Shown here one piece after another: positions 1 to 10,205 of a DNA stretch of 64,000 nt. A program made the position numbers and the translations under genes. Below the pieces are notes generated by a model, which was not told the DNA's origin, ran no database searches, and saw only the letters and a program-made list of their open reading frames with translations. Position 1 is the first letter of the stretch. The number at the start of each line of letters is the position of its first letter. The DNA comes from SAR86 cluster bacterium. Its GTDB lineage: Bacteria > Pseudomonadota > Gammaproteobacteria > Magnimaribacterales > Magnimaribacteraceae. Where the stretch lies: positions 37,966 through 101,965 of the forward strand of contig JAQWNM010000004.1 of NCBI GenBank assembly GCA_029268615.1, written 5' to 3'.

Positions 1-1
1 A

Positions 2-382
2 AGTGCAGGAGTTGGAATGGCAACAGCTTTAGTTTCTATTTTAACAAAAATACCAGTTAGAGCAGATGTGGCTATGACAGGAGAAATAACCTTAAGTGGT
101 GAGGTTTTAAAAATAGGTGGCTTAAAAGAAAAACTCTTAGCTGCAAGAAGAGGGGGAATAAAAACAGTTCTTATCCCGAAAGGAAATGAAAATGATCTCA
201 AGGAAATACCTAAGAAGATAACAGAAAATTTAGAGATTATTCCAGTTAAATGGTTTGATGAAGTATTGTTAATTGTATTAACAGAACAGCCCGAACCACT
301 ATCAAATACTTCTGCTAAAGCAAGAAATAAGAATCCTAAGAAAAAGATCAAAGATACCATCAAGAGAGCTAAGACTCATTAG
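2..382 (+). CDS. lon: Lon protease, C-terminal part only (5' end lies upstream of the window)
   Basis: The frame is open from position 2, so the Met at 17 in the ORF track is internal. [56 protein letters not shown] is the Lon proteolytic domain with the catalytic Ser (SAG) and Lys (GGLKEK) motifs. lon-hupB-ppiD synteny supports the call. Confidence 0.93.
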   Translation, partial: SAGVGMATALVSILTKIPVRADVAMTGEITLSGEVLKIGGLKEKLLAARRGGIKTVLIPKGNENDLKEIPKKITENLEIIPVKWFDEVLLIVLTEQPEPLSNTSAKARNKNPKKKIKDTIKRAKTH

Positions 383-408
383 TAATTATAAATAGGTTCA
401 AAAGGCTC

Positions 409-437
409 TTGACAACCCTAGCTAGCAAGGTTCTAAT
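409..437 (+). promoter_or_regulatory. Candidate sigma70 promoter of hupB
   Basis: TTGACA at 409-414, a 17-nt spacer, then TCTAAT at 432-437, about 55 nt upstream of the hupB start. An AGGAG Shine-Dalgarno lies at 483-487. Confidence 0.5.
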
Positions 438-492
438 GAATTACCACTTTAAGTAAAGTATTTAACCATTAACAGAATTTTAGGAGATAAAT

Positions 493-765
493 GTGAATAA
501 AGCAGAATTAACAGATGCAGTAGCAGCTAAAACGGATCTAACTAAGGCAGATGCTTCAAGAGCTATTGATGCAACCATAGATGCCATCTCAGGAGCTCTT
601 TCTTCAGGAGATAACGTTGCTTTGGTAGGTTTTGGAACTTTCTCAGTAAGACATAGGGCGGCTAGACAAGGACGTAACCCTCAAACAGGGGCTACAATAC
701 AAATTCAAGCTTCTAAGTCTGCTGGGTTTAAAGCAGGGAAAGCTTTAAAAGATAAATTAAATTAA
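493..765 (+). CDS. hupB: DNA-binding protein HU
   Basis: 90 aa. [11 protein letters not shown]...[39 protein letters not shown] is a canonical HU/IHF fold sequence. GTG start with a good SD. Located between lon and ppiD. Confidence 0.95.
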   Translation: MNKAELTDAVAAKTDLTKADASRAIDATIDAISGALSSGDNVALVGFGTFSVRHRAARQGRNPQTGATIQIQASKSAGFKAGKALKDKLN

Positions 766-788
766 TTAATTAATCTCTTTTTAAAACT

Positions 789-816
789 GCGCGCCACTTA
801 GGCGCGCTTTTTTTTT
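789..816 (+). terminator. Rho-independent terminator after hupB
   Basis: Perfect GC stem GCGCGCC (789-795) / GGCGCGC (801-807), 5-nt loop, followed by a run of 9 T (808-816). Confidence 0.85.
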
Positions 817-836
817 AATTTTAATCAATATAGAAA

Positions 837-2720
837 TTGTCAGGATTACAAAATATAAGAAACAATCTCTCTGGAGTTCTTGCTAAGATAATTGCTGGAG
901 CTATTATTGTTACCTTTGCTTTATTTTTTGGCTGGGGAACTGTTTTCACTGGTAGTGATGCTAATAATATAGCAAAGGTGAATGGCAAAAATATTAATGT
1001 CATAGATTTAGGTTTTGAAACTAATGCACAACAATATCTTTTTAGTCAACGCTATGATGATCTAGACTTAGATGAAGAAGTATTAAGAGCTTTAGCTACA
1101 AATTCTCTGATAAGAAGAGAGCTGGTACTCCAATATTTAGATGAGTTAGACGTAATTATTCCAGAGCAAATAGCTTATAAAGAATTTATGTCTGATCCAT
1201 CTTTTCAATCAGAAGGCCGATTTAGTCAAGAAAGATTTGAAGCTGTTATAAGAAATATGGGATTTACTACTAATGATTACATCAGAAGAGTAAGAAAGGA
1301 TAAGGCCTTAAATTATTGGAGAAGTTCTATATATGATAGCAATTTTTTTTCAAGGAAAAGGATAGAGGATTTATTAGAACTTGCATCTCAAACAAGAGAT
1401 CTATCTTTTGTAACATTTAAGTTAGAGGTAGAAATAAATAATGTGAAGTTAAATCCAGAAGATATTCTTCAACATTATGAAAACTCAAAAGAACAGTACA
1501 TTAAAGAAGAAGAAGTAAAATTACGCTATATACAACTAGATAAAAACTCTCTAAGATCTGACATTGAAATTTTAGAGAAAGATGTAGAAACAGAGTACGC
1601 ATTTTATCTTGAAAATTTCAACACTAATCCTTCTAGAGCTGCCTCTCATATCATGATTAATATTTCAGAAGAAAGGAGTAGAGATGAAGCTGAAAAATTA
1701 ATTAATGATATTTCAAAACAATTAAGTGATAAAAATAATTTTCTTGAATTAGTAAAACTTTTTTCAGAAGATGAGGCCACCATAGATTTTGAAGGCTCTT
1801 TAGGAGTTAGCACTGGTGAATCTTTTCCTAAGGAGTTTGAGAATGCGCTTAGAGTTCTAAAGGTAGGAGAATTTAGCGAACCAATAGAGCTTGATAATAG
1901 TTTTCATATTCTCCTCTTAACAGAATTAAACCAGCCTTCTCCAGAAACTTATATTAAAAAGAGTGATTCCATAAGGGAAAAGCTAATGGAGGTTCAATTA
2001 AACTCAAATTATTTTAGTTTGTTGGATAAGGCAAATAATCTAATTTATTCATCAAATGATTTTACAGAAATATCTTCTTCTTTAGGAATTTCAGCTATTA
2101 CAACAGGTTTTTTTAGTAAAGATTTATTAGAAGAGAAACTTAATTATCAAATAGTAGAAGATTTTATTTTTACAGAAGATAGAAGTAATGGCATAAGTGA
2201 AGTTTTAGAAGTAGATGATAGTATTGCCTTTATCCTTGAAGTGGTAGATATTAATCAAGCTACAATCCTATCTTTTGAAGATGTCCAAAATAAAGTCCAA
2301 GATTCACTAAGGTCTAAATTAGCATCAGAAATTATATTTAAGAAATCTTCTGATTTCATAAATGATGTAGAATTATCTTCTTTTAAGGAAGCGCTTAAGA
2401 AAAATAATATTACCAAGCAATCATATAAAGAGGTTTCAAGAGATTCATCTTTATTACCAAATAAAGCTTTGGCAGATCTTTTCGGTATTTCAAGAGGGAC
2501 CTCTAATAATGAGCTATTTATTTCAAATCAAACAAATGGAGATATATTCATTTTATCTTTAGATGAAGTGAATGATGCAGCCACTGAAATTTCTGAAGAT
2601 CAGATTGACCAATTTACTAAATTAATGCAACAAGAAAGAGTTAATTCATTGGTTTCCCAAGTTCAGAGATCCTTAGAAGAAAATGCGGACATTGTGCTTT
2701 TAAACAATTTAGATAATTAA
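837..2720 (+). CDS. ppiD: Periplasmic chaperone / peptidyl-prolyl isomerase PpiD
   Basis: 627 aa with a TTG start. N-terminal membrane anchor ([21 protein letters not shown]), SurA-like N-domain and central parvulin-like segment (AASHIMI...GSLGV...FHILLL). Conserved position after hupB. Confidence 0.85.
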   Translation: MSGLQNIRNNLSGVLAKIIAGAIIVTFALFFGWGTVFTGSDANNIAKVNGKNINVIDLGFETNAQQYLFSQRYDDLDLDEEVLRALATNSLIRRELVLQYLDELDVIIPEQIAYKEFMSDPSFQSEGRFSQERFEAVIRNMGFTTNDYIRRVRKDKALNYWRSSIYDSNFFSRKRIEDLLELASQTRDLSFVTFKLEVEINNVKLNPEDILQHYENSKEQYIKEEEVKLRYIQLDKNSLRSDIEILEKDVETEYAFYLENFNTNPSRAASHIMINISEERSRDEAEKLINDISKQLSDKNNFLELVKLFSEDEATIDFEGSLGVSTGESFPKEFENALRVLKVGEFSEPIELDNSFHILLLTELNQPSPETYIKKSDSIREKLMEVQLNSNYFSLLDKANNLIYSSNDFTEISSSLGISAITTGFFSKDLLEEKLNYQIVEDFIFTEDRSNGISEVLEVDDSIAFILEVVDINQATILSFEDVQNKVQDSLRSKLASEIIFKKSSDFINDVELSSFKEALKKNNITKQSYKEVSRDSSLLPNKALADLFGISRGTSNNELFISNQTNGDIFILSLDEVNDAATEISEDQIDQFTKLMQQERVNSLVSQVQRSLEENADIVLLNNLDN

Positions 2721-3511
2721 TCCATTTCTTCTATATTGCTCATAGCTGTGATGTTAAACCCTGCATCTACGTAGAGTATTTCTCCTGAAATTCCACTAGA
2801 TAAATCTGAGGCTAAAAATGCAGATGCATTTCCAACCTCTTCTATTGTTACATTTCGCCCTAGGGGAGCTCTGCTTGCATTATAAGAAAGCATTTTTCTA
2901 AAATTTTTAACTCCAGAAGCGGCGAGAGTTTTAATAGGTCCCGCAGAAATCGCGTTAACTCGATGGCCATCTTTACCTAGAGAAAATGCTAAGTAGCGAA
3001 CACTAGCCTCCAAACTCGCTTTTGCTAAACCCATTACATTATAATTAGGCAAAGTTTTTTGAGAACCTAGATAAGTCAAAGTAGTAAGACTTGCTTGCCT
3101 ATCTTTCATGAGAGATTTTGCAGCCTTAGCAAGAGCAATAAAACTATATGAGCTTATATCATGTGCTATTTTAAATCCCTCTCTAGTTGTAACATCTGAA
3201 AAGTCACCATTTAATTGTTCTGTTGGTGCAAACCCTACCGCATGAATGATGCCATCTAATCCATCCCAATTATTTGCGAGCTCACTAAATACATTGTCGA
3301 TCGCTATATCATCTCCTACATCACAAGGAAGGCAGATATTTGACCCCCAATTTTCAGCTAGTTTCTTTACTTTTGATTCTAAGCGTTCATTTTGATAAGT
3401 AAAAGCTAAATTAGCACCTAAGGAACTCATAGATTGGGCTATGCCAGATGCTATAGAATGCTTATTAGCTACTCCAACTATTAATATATTTTTATTTTTT
3501 AAAAGATCCAT
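2717..3511 (-). CDS. fabI: Enoyl-[acyl-carrier-protein] reductase (NADH) FabI
   Basis: 264 aa. Near full-length similarity to E. coli FabI ([64 protein letters not shown]). Confidence 0.95.
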   Translation of the reverse strand: MDLLKNKNILIVGVANKHSIASGIAQSMSSLGANLAFTYQNERLESKVKKLAENWGSNICLPCDVGDDIAIDNVFSELANNWDGLDGIIHAVGFAPTEQLNGDFSDVTTREGFKIAHDISSYSFIALAKAAKSLMKDRQASLTTLTYLGSQKTLPNYNVMGLAKASLEASVRYLAFSLGKDGHRVNAISAGPIKTLAASGVKNFRKMLSYNASRAPLGRNVTIEEVGNASAFLASDLSSGISGEILYVDAGFNITAMSNIEEMD

Positions 3512-3639
3512 TTTTTTTTCTTAACGGTATTAATTTCAAGAAATTCAATTATAGGCTTATTCAATCTAATCTGTTTAATTTTTTAAATAAAATAATTGAT
3601 TTTTTTAAAATAGAAAGACTACTACTAATTTGTGGTATT

Positions 3640-3677
3640 TTAGTTATAAGTTAGTTATAGTGACATTCAAATAACTA
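3640..3677. repeat. Phased heptamer repeats (TAGTTAT x3: two direct, one inverted), candidate operator
   Basis: TTAGTTATA at 3640-3648 and 3651-3659 (11-nt period). The inverted core ATAACTA is at 3671-3677. All lie in the divergent fabI/TBDR intergenic region. Confidence 0.5.
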
Positions 3678-3733
3678 TTAAAAAAGGTAGTTTTATCTCA
3701 TTTTTGAGTCAATTTAATATATTGGGGAGTGAT

Positions 3734-6700
3734 ATGTTTAAAACAAAATTTTCTTTATTTTTAATTCTTCCTCTAGTTTTGGGTCTTTCTTTTGCTGCGA
3801 AATCAGCAGACGAAGAAGGCGCCGAAATTGAAGAAGTTATAGTAACAGGTTCTCGTATTGTAGATCCTAATATCATCAGTTCATCACAAATTAGTGTGAT
3901 TGATGGTGATGCGATCAAAAACAGGGGTTTGACTCGTGTTGAAGATTTCTTAAATGATATGCCGCAGATCTCTCCTGGACAAACTATTACTAATGCTAAT
4001 GGTGCTTCGGGTACAGCTACAGCAAACCTTAGAAATATGGGTTGCGGAAGAACGTTGGTACTATTAAATGGCAGACGTTTGGCCCCAGGTACAACTGGCG
4101 GAGGAAACTGTGCTGACTTGAACTCAATTCCTTCTCTTTTACTTGAAAGAGTAGAAGTTCTAACAGGTGGTGCTTCTTCAGTATATGGTTCTGATGCTGT
4201 TGCCGGTGTTGTTAACTTTGTTCTAGATGATGAGTTTGAAGGTTTTAGAGCAAGTGCTTCACATAGTTTTTATCAGCATAAAAATGATAATGATTCTCTT
4301 AGGTCGTTAGTCAGTTCTTATAACTATGCTTTAGCGCCAGACGATATTACGACTGGTGATACAGGTAAGTTTGCAATAGCTTTTGGTGGAGACATTAATG
4401 ATGGAAAAGGCCACATTACAGCTTTCATCGAACATACAGACACCCAGCCAATCCTTCAAGGTGAATATGACATAAGTGCGTGTGCGTTAAGTGGAGGGGC
4501 ATCTAGATGTGGTGGTTCTTCTACCATACCTCCAGGAAGGTTTGCAGATTTTGGTGGCTTACGTGGTTATACAAGAGTAGATGGTACTCCTACAGTCTCT
4601 CTTGATTTAAAAGTTTTTGGAGATCAATTTGTTCCTAGAGCAGGAAGACTATATAACTATAATCCAACTAACTTCTTCCAAAGACCAGATGATAGAGTTA
4701 ATGCAGGTTTCTTTGGAAAGTATGAAATTAATGAGCACGCTGAAGTTTATACAGATGTAACTTTTATGAAGTCTGAGTCAAACGCTCAAATCGCTTATTC
4801 TGGAACCTTTGGAAATATAAGCCAAATACCTTGTTATAACGCTCAAATGTCTGCACAGCAATACAACACAATTTGTGGAGATTTTGTTGAAATCGGCGGT
4901 TCTCATGCTCCTAACTTTACTTCTGGTGGTGCAGCTTTAGCATATATAGCAGGACTTGATCAAGCAGTTGGTGCAGGAACAATTGATACTTATAAGTCCC
5001 CTATGTATCACCTTAAAAGAAATGTTGAAGGAAGCCCAAGACAGAGTATTTTTGGATACAAGCAAACCAATGCTACATTAGGACTGAGAGGTGATATCAA
5101 TGATGATTGGTCTTATGATGTTTACTTCCAATCTTCTACTATTAACTATAACAATGAGTATAGAAATGATTTATCTGTAACAGCGATAAATAGAGCTGTA
5201 GATGTTGTAAATATTAACGGAACACCTACTTGTGTTTCAGCTATTAACGGACAAGATTCAGCGTGTATTCCTTATAATTTATTCTTTGGTGGTAGTAATC
5301 TAGATGATGGTTTGACAGCCGTTGTAGATGCTGGTCAAGCTCTTCAAGACTATATTGCAAAACCAACCTTTATTAATGGTGATGGAAAACAAACTATTAT
5401 GTCTGGTTATTTATCAGGTGACACAGGAATTAGTTTTCCTGGAGCTCCTGCTAATGCTAGCTTAGTTATAGGTTTTGAAACTAAAGAACTAAAAGCAGAT
5501 TTTAGACCAGATACGGCAAGTAAAACTGGCGATAGATCAGGTTCTGGTGGTGCTACATTGCCAATTGGTGGTGAGTATGAAGTTGATGAATACTTCTTTG
5601 AGTTAGGTATACCGATTACAGATAGTCTTAGCATAGATGCAGGTTATAGATCAGGTGACTACTCAACAGGAGCTGATACTGAAGCTTTTAAAGTGGGTGC
5701 TTACTGGACAATTAACGACAGTATTTCAATTAGAGCTTCTGCTCAAACAGCACAAAGAGCAGGTAACATATCTGAACTCTATAGTGCAGTTTCAGATGGA
5801 TTAGTTGATTTAGATAACGATCCTTGTGGTGCTGACCCAGAAGATCCAACTAGTACTCCATCAGCTACTGCAGCTCAGTGCGCTAATACTGGTTTGCCAG
5901 CTGCTTTTTATGGATCAGATTTAAAATCTCCAGCTGACCAGTACAATATAAAAGGTGGAGGTAACCCAAATATTAATCCTGAAGAATCTGAGTCTTTTAC
6001 TGCAGGTGTTATAATTACTCCAACTTCAGTTCCAGGACTTACGGTTACAATAGATATTTTTGATATCACTGTAGAAGATGGAATTGGTTCAGTTTCAGCG
6101 AAAACTGCATTAGATAAATGTATAGAAACTGGAGCTGGTGGTTACTGTAACTTGATTAACAGGAACCCAGCAAATGGTTCACTTTGGTTGACTGGTGGAT
6201 ATATAAGTGCTCAGCTAACAAATATCTCAGAAGAGTCTACTAGTGGATATGATATTATCTTTGATTACACTACAGATACTGCTTGGGGAGCTCTTACGCT
6301 AGAAGGTGTTACTACAATTCTAGATTCGTATGATGTCATAGAGTTACCAGGAAGTGCAGCAATTGAGTGTGCAGGTAATTGGGGCGGATCATGTGGTAAG
6401 AACCCAATGCCAGAGCTAGCAGGTACGTATACAGCAACTTTGAATACATCTTTTGATACTGATCTTATTTTAGGATTGAGATATCTTGGTGAAACAGATG
6501 ATCAGAATGCTAGTTATACTAGAGATTTTGATGCTTATACATATTTTGACTTTACAGCTAATTACTTTGCTACTGAAAACTTAACTGTAAGTTTTGGTAT
6601 GAGTAATATTTTTGATAAAGAACCTGAATACACTTCTAACGCAGGAACTGCGCCAGGTAATGGTAATACATTCCCAGCTTATTTCGATGCATTAGGAAGA

Positions 6701-6736
6701 TACGTGTTCTTAAGCCTAAATTATGCTGTTGAGTAA
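3734..6736 (+). CDS. TonB-dependent outer-membrane receptor (large, about 1000 aa)
   Basis: ATG at 3734 is preceded by GGGGAG; the TTG at 3704 in the ORF track is less likely. Signal peptide MFKTKFSLFLILPLVLGLSFAAKSA, TonB-box/plug (EEVIVTGSRI, VEVLTGGASSVYGSDAVAGVVNF), long beta-barrel, C-terminal GRYVFLSLNY. Confidence 0.9.
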   Translation: MFKTKFSLFLILPLVLGLSFAAKSADEEGAEIEEVIVTGSRIVDPNIISSSQISVIDGDAIKNRGLTRVEDFLNDMPQISPGQTITNANGASGTATANLRNMGCGRTLVLLNGRRLAPGTTGGGNCADLNSIPSLLLERVEVLTGGASSVYGSDAVAGVVNFVLDDEFEGFRASASHSFYQHKNDNDSLRSLVSSYNYALAPDDITTGDTGKFAIAFGGDINDGKGHITAFIEHTDTQPILQGEYDISACALSGGASRCGGSSTIPPGRFADFGGLRGYTRVDGTPTVSLDLKVFGDQFVPRAGRLYNYNPTNFFQRPDDRVNAGFFGKYEINEHAEVYTDVTFMKSESNAQIAYSGTFGNISQIPCYNAQMSAQQYNTICGDFVEIGGSHAPNFTSGGAALAYIAGLDQAVGAGTIDTYKSPMYHLKRNVEGSPRQSIFGYKQTNATLGLRGDINDDWSYDVYFQSSTINYNNEYRNDLSVTAINRAVDVVNINGTPTCVSAINGQDSACIPYNLFFGGSNLDDGLTAVVDAGQALQDYIAKPTFINGDGKQTIMSGYLSGDTGISFPGAPANASLVIGFETKELKADFRPDTASKTGDRSGSGGATLPIGGEYEVDEYFFELGIPITDSLSIDAGYRSGDYSTGADTEAFKVGAYWTINDSISIRASAQTAQRAGNISELYSAVSDGLVDLDNDPCGADPEDPTSTPSATAAQCANTGLPAAFYGSDLKSPADQYNIKGGGNPNINPEESESFTAGVIITPTSVPGLTVTIDIFDITVEDGIGSVSAKTALDKCIETGAGGYCNLINRNPANGSLWLTGGYISAQLTNISEESTSGYDIIFDYTTDTAWGALTLEGVTTILDSYDVIELPGSAAIECAGNWGGSCGKNPMPELAGTYTATLNTSFDTDLILGLRYLGETDDQNASYTRDFDAYTYFDFTANYFATENLTVSFGMSNIFDKEPEYTSNAGTAPGNGNTFPAYFDALGRYVFLSLNYAVE

Positions 6737-6754
6737 TCAATAAGTAATTAAAAA

Positions 6755-6778
6755 GGCGGGTTTACCCGCCTTTTTTTT
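6755..6778 (+). terminator. Rho-independent terminator after the TBDR
   Basis: GGCGGG (6755-6760) / CCCGCC (6765-6770), UUUA loop, then T8 (6771-6778). An A-run lies upstream. Confidence 0.8.
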
Positions 6779-6801
6779 AATTTTTTTAAAACAAGAATTT
6801 T

Positions 6802-8403
6802 ATGATCAAAAAATATTTTTATTTTCTTTTAGTTTGTTTTTTTATATCTTGCGAGCAATCTATTACTCCAGTTGAAACAGCTATAGAGGATAAAATTCTT
6901 TATTTAGGGAATGGAACAGAACCTCAAGATTTAGATCCTCACATTGTTACTGGCGTGCCAGAGCATAATATTATTATTGCCTTATTGGAAGGTTTAATGA
7001 TAGCTAATCCTCAGGGCGGCGCTCCATTACCAGGCGTTGCTGAGAGTTGGGATGTTAGTAGTGACGGAAAAGTATATATTTTTAAAATAAAGGATCAGGC
7101 CTTATGGTCTAATGGAGATGAGGTTACTGCTGCTGATTTTGTCTTTTCTTGGAAAAGAATCTTAACTCCTTCGTTAGGAGCTCAATATGCTGACATGCTC
7201 TACATCTTAAAAAATGCTGAACCTTTTAATAAAGGCAAAATTAAAGATTTTTCTCAAGTTGGAGTTAGGGCTGTAGATGCTAAGACTTTAAGGGTTGAAT
7301 TAAATAATCCAACTCCCTATTTTTTAAATTTATTAACTCACTATTCAAGTTACCCTGTTCATAGACCCACTATAGAGAAGTTTGGTGAGATTGATACTAG
7401 GGGTTCAGAATGGACAAGAGAAGAAAATTTTATAGGAAATGGGCCTTTTATTTTAAAAGAATGGCAATTAAATAAAGTATTAATTGTTAAAAAGAATACT
7501 AACTATTGGAACTCAAATATTGTTGACTTAAATGAAATTCATTTTTTTCCTATAGACGATGTTTCCAGGGAAGATAGAATGTATAGATCTGGTTATCTTC
7601 ATTTAGCATATTCCACTCCGCAAGAAAAAATAGAAACTTATAGAACTAAGTATCCTGATCACTTAAGAATAGAACCATATTTTGGAACTTATTACTATAG
7701 AGTTAATACTTTAAAGAAACCTTTCAATGACCCCTTGGTAAGAAAAGCTTTGTCATTAGCTATCAATAGAGATGATATTGTAAATAAAGTCATGAAAGGT
7801 GGGCAATCTATTGCTTTTTCTTTTACACCCCCTGATAAGAAGGGCTATTTTCCAAATACTCAACTAGACTTTGATCCGCAACTAGCAAAAAATTTATTAC
7901 GGGAAGCTGGTTTTAGTAAAGGAAAATTTCCAATTGTTGAGTTACTCTATAATACAAGTGAAGGTCATCAGAAAGTCGCTCAAGCCATCCAGCAAATGTG
8001 GAAACTTAACTTAGGTATAGATGTTGAGTTAGTTAATGTAGATTGGAAAGTTTATTTATCTAGAGAACTTTCAGGAGACTTTACTATCTCAAGAGCTGGC
8101 TGGATAGGAGACTACCCTGATCCTAATTCTTTTTTAGATATGATGGTAACTGGCCGTGGTAATAATAAAACTGGTTGGTCTAATCCTGAGTATGATAACT
8201 TGGTAAAATTAGCGGCTTCTGCTAAAAGTACAAATGAGAGATTTAAATTATTTAGAGAGGCAGAGTCTATATTAGTAAATGAATTACCAGTTATCCCGAT
8301 TTATACTTACACTAGAGTTTATATGTTGCACCCGGACGTTAAAGGGTGGTATCCAAATATTCTAGATACACATCCTTATCAGTTTATTAGGCTAGAGAAA
8401 TAA
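6802..8403 (+). CDS. ABC transporter substrate-binding lipoprotein, family 5 (OppA/DppA-type peptide binding)
   Basis: 533 aa. Lipobox LLVCFFISC. Family-5 SBP hallmarks (PGVAESWDVSSDGKVYIFKI, YYYRVNT, GWIGDYPDPNSFL). Confidence 0.85.
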   Translation: MIKKYFYFLLVCFFISCEQSITPVETAIEDKILYLGNGTEPQDLDPHIVTGVPEHNIIIALLEGLMIANPQGGAPLPGVAESWDVSSDGKVYIFKIKDQALWSNGDEVTAADFVFSWKRILTPSLGAQYADMLYILKNAEPFNKGKIKDFSQVGVRAVDAKTLRVELNNPTPYFLNLLTHYSSYPVHRPTIEKFGEIDTRGSEWTREENFIGNGPFILKEWQLNKVLIVKKNTNYWNSNIVDLNEIHFFPIDDVSREDRMYRSGYLHLAYSTPQEKIETYRTKYPDHLRIEPYFGTYYYRVNTLKKPFNDPLVRKALSLAINRDDIVNKVMKGGQSIAFSFTPPDKKGYFPNTQLDFDPQLAKNLLREAGFSKGKFPIVELLYNTSEGHQKVAQAIQQMWKLNLGIDVELVNVDWKVYLSRELSGDFTISRAGWIGDYPDPNSFLDMMVTGRGNNKTGWSNPEYDNLVKLAASAKSTNERFKLFREAESILVNELPVIPIYTYTRVYMLHPDVKGWYPNILDTHPYQFIRLEK

Positions 8404-8407
8404 TCTA

Positions 8408-9340
8408 ATGTTAAGTCTTATATGGAAAAGGCTTATCACCGTAATACCAGTTCTATTTGCAGTCATCACAATCACTTTTCTTATGGTGCATTCAGCCCCC
8501 GGAGGACCATTTGATGCTGATAGAGTTGTTTCCCCAGATATTCTGATTCAATTAAATGAACGTTATAATCTTGATGCTCCTTTATGGGAACAGTATTTTT
8601 CCTATTTAGGAAATGTATTGCAAGGGGATTTTGGGCCATCTTTTCGGTACCCGGGTAGATCAGTTACTGAACTTATTTTTACTGGCTTGCCTGTAACTTT
8701 TGAACTTGCAGTATATTCAATTATATTTGCAGTTTTTATTGGAGTTTTTGCTGGAGTCATTGCCTCTTTAAGGCCAAATACATGGGTAGATTACTTACCT
8801 ATGTCTGCTGCTATGGCTGGAATATGTATCCCATCAATTATTTTAGGTCCTTCTTTATCTTTAATATTTGGTATTTGGTTAGGGTGGTTTCCTGTAGCTG
8901 GATGGGAGGATCTACCAGGTGATAAAGTGCTTCCTGTCATCACTTTAGGTACAGCCTATGCAGCTTATTGCGCTAGATTGACACGAGGAGGTATGTTAGA
9001 AGTCCTTGGACAAGATTATATTAGAACTGCGAGAGCCAAAGGGTTAAGTGAGTCAAGGGTAGTTATTGTTCATGCTCTAAGAGGCGGATTGATTCCTGTA
9101 ATAGCTTTTCTAGGTCCAGCTATAGCTGGGCTATTAGCTGGTTCATTTGTAGTAGAAACTATATTTGGAATTCCAGGACTAGGAAGATTTTATGTTCAGG
9201 CTGCTTTTAATAGAGATTATACTATGATCTTAGGAACTTCTATCTTTTTCTCAGCTCTTATTGTTTCTTTCAACTTATTAGCTGACCTTGTTGCTGCTGC
9301 TTTCAATCCAAAGTTACGAGAGGGTATCTATAATGAGTGA
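8408..9340 (+). CDS. ABC peptide-transporter permease (OppB/DppB-like)
   Basis: 310 aa. Typical N-terminus (ITVIPVLFAVITITFLMVHSAPGGPF) and EAA loop region (YIRTARAKGLSESRVVIVHALR). Confidence 0.9.
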   Translation: MLSLIWKRLITVIPVLFAVITITFLMVHSAPGGPFDADRVVSPDILIQLNERYNLDAPLWEQYFSYLGNVLQGDFGPSFRYPGRSVTELIFTGLPVTFELAVYSIIFAVFIGVFAGVIASLRPNTWVDYLPMSAAMAGICIPSIILGPSLSLIFGIWLGWFPVAGWEDLPGDKVLPVITLGTAYAAYCARLTRGGMLEVLGQDYIRTARAKGLSESRVVIVHALRGGLIPVIAFLGPAIAGLLAGSFVVETIFGIPGLGRFYVQAAFNRDYTMILGTSIFFSALIVSFNLLADLVAAAFNPKLREGIYNE

Positions 9341-10181
9341 ATACAATTCTCTTTATCATGATGCTATCTTTAGACTGAAATCTAATAAGCTATCAGTTTT
9401 TGGAGGAATATTTATCCTATCTTTGATATTTATTTCTTTAATAACTCCCTTTATTGCACCTTATGATTACTCTTATCAGGATTTATCTTTAGGTCCGTCA
9501 GGGCCATCTTGGGATCACCTCTTAGGCACTGATGTTCTAGGAAGAGATTTGTTAACAAGAATGTTGTATGGAAGCAGAATATCTTTAATGGTAGGCTTTA
9601 TAGCTACTTTTGTCGCGTTATTTATAGGTGTGATTTGGGGAACGGTTGCGGGTTTCTTTGGAGGGAAAGTGGATACTATTATGATGAGAATAGTAGATGT
9701 CCTTTACGGCATACCTTTTATTATTTTAATAATATTATTAATGGTTATATTTGGACGTAATCTAGTTTTATTATTTATGGCTATAGGCGCAGTTGAGTGG
9801 TTAACAATGGCAAGGATAGTTAGAGGACAGGTGATGGCAATTAGCCAACAGGAGTATATTTTAGCCTCTAAAGCCATGGGCGTAAGCAATACTCTAATTA
9901 TATTTAGACATTTAATTCCAAATACTCTTGGCCCAGTCATAGTTTATGCAACTTTAACAATACCTCAGGTGATGTTATTAGAATCATTTTTAAGCTTTTT
10001 AGGATTGGGTGTACAACCTCCTATGAGTTCTTGGGGTCTTTTAATAAGAGATGGTGCTTTAGCAATGGAAGAATACTGGTGGTTATTAGTATTTCCTGCT
10101 TTAATTTTCTCAATGACATTGTTTTCTCTTAACTTTCTAGGAGACGGCCTTAGAGATGCTTTGGATCCAAGATCAAAATAA
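9333..10181 (+). CDS. ABC peptide-transporter permease (OppC/DppC-like)
   Basis: ATG at 9333 overlaps the upstream stop (ATGAGTGA). HLLGTDVLGRDLLTRMLYGSRISL and YILASKAMGVSNTLIIFRHLIPN are OppC/DppC signatures. The upstream extension in the ORF track (9288) lies inside the oppB-like gene. Confidence 0.88.
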   Translation: MSEYNSLYHDAIFRLKSNKLSVFGGIFILSLIFISLITPFIAPYDYSYQDLSLGPSGPSWDHLLGTDVLGRDLLTRMLYGSRISLMVGFIATFVALFIGVIWGTVAGFFGGKVDTIMMRIVDVLYGIPFIILIILLMVIFGRNLVLLFMAIGAVEWLTMARIVRGQVMAISQQEYILASKAMGVSNTLIIFRHLIPNTLGPVIVYATLTIPQVMLLESFLSFLGLGVQPPMSSWGLLIRDGALAMEEYWWLLVFPALIFSMTLFSLNFLGDGLRDALDPRSK

Positions 10182-10205
10182 AAAGGTTAAGTAGAATAAA
10201 ATTAT

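Noticed and set aside
3512-3733. Fur box upstream of the first TonB-dependent receptor.
   Set aside because: No good match to GATAATGATAATCATTATC was seen, only generic AT-rich fragments (ATAATTGAT).
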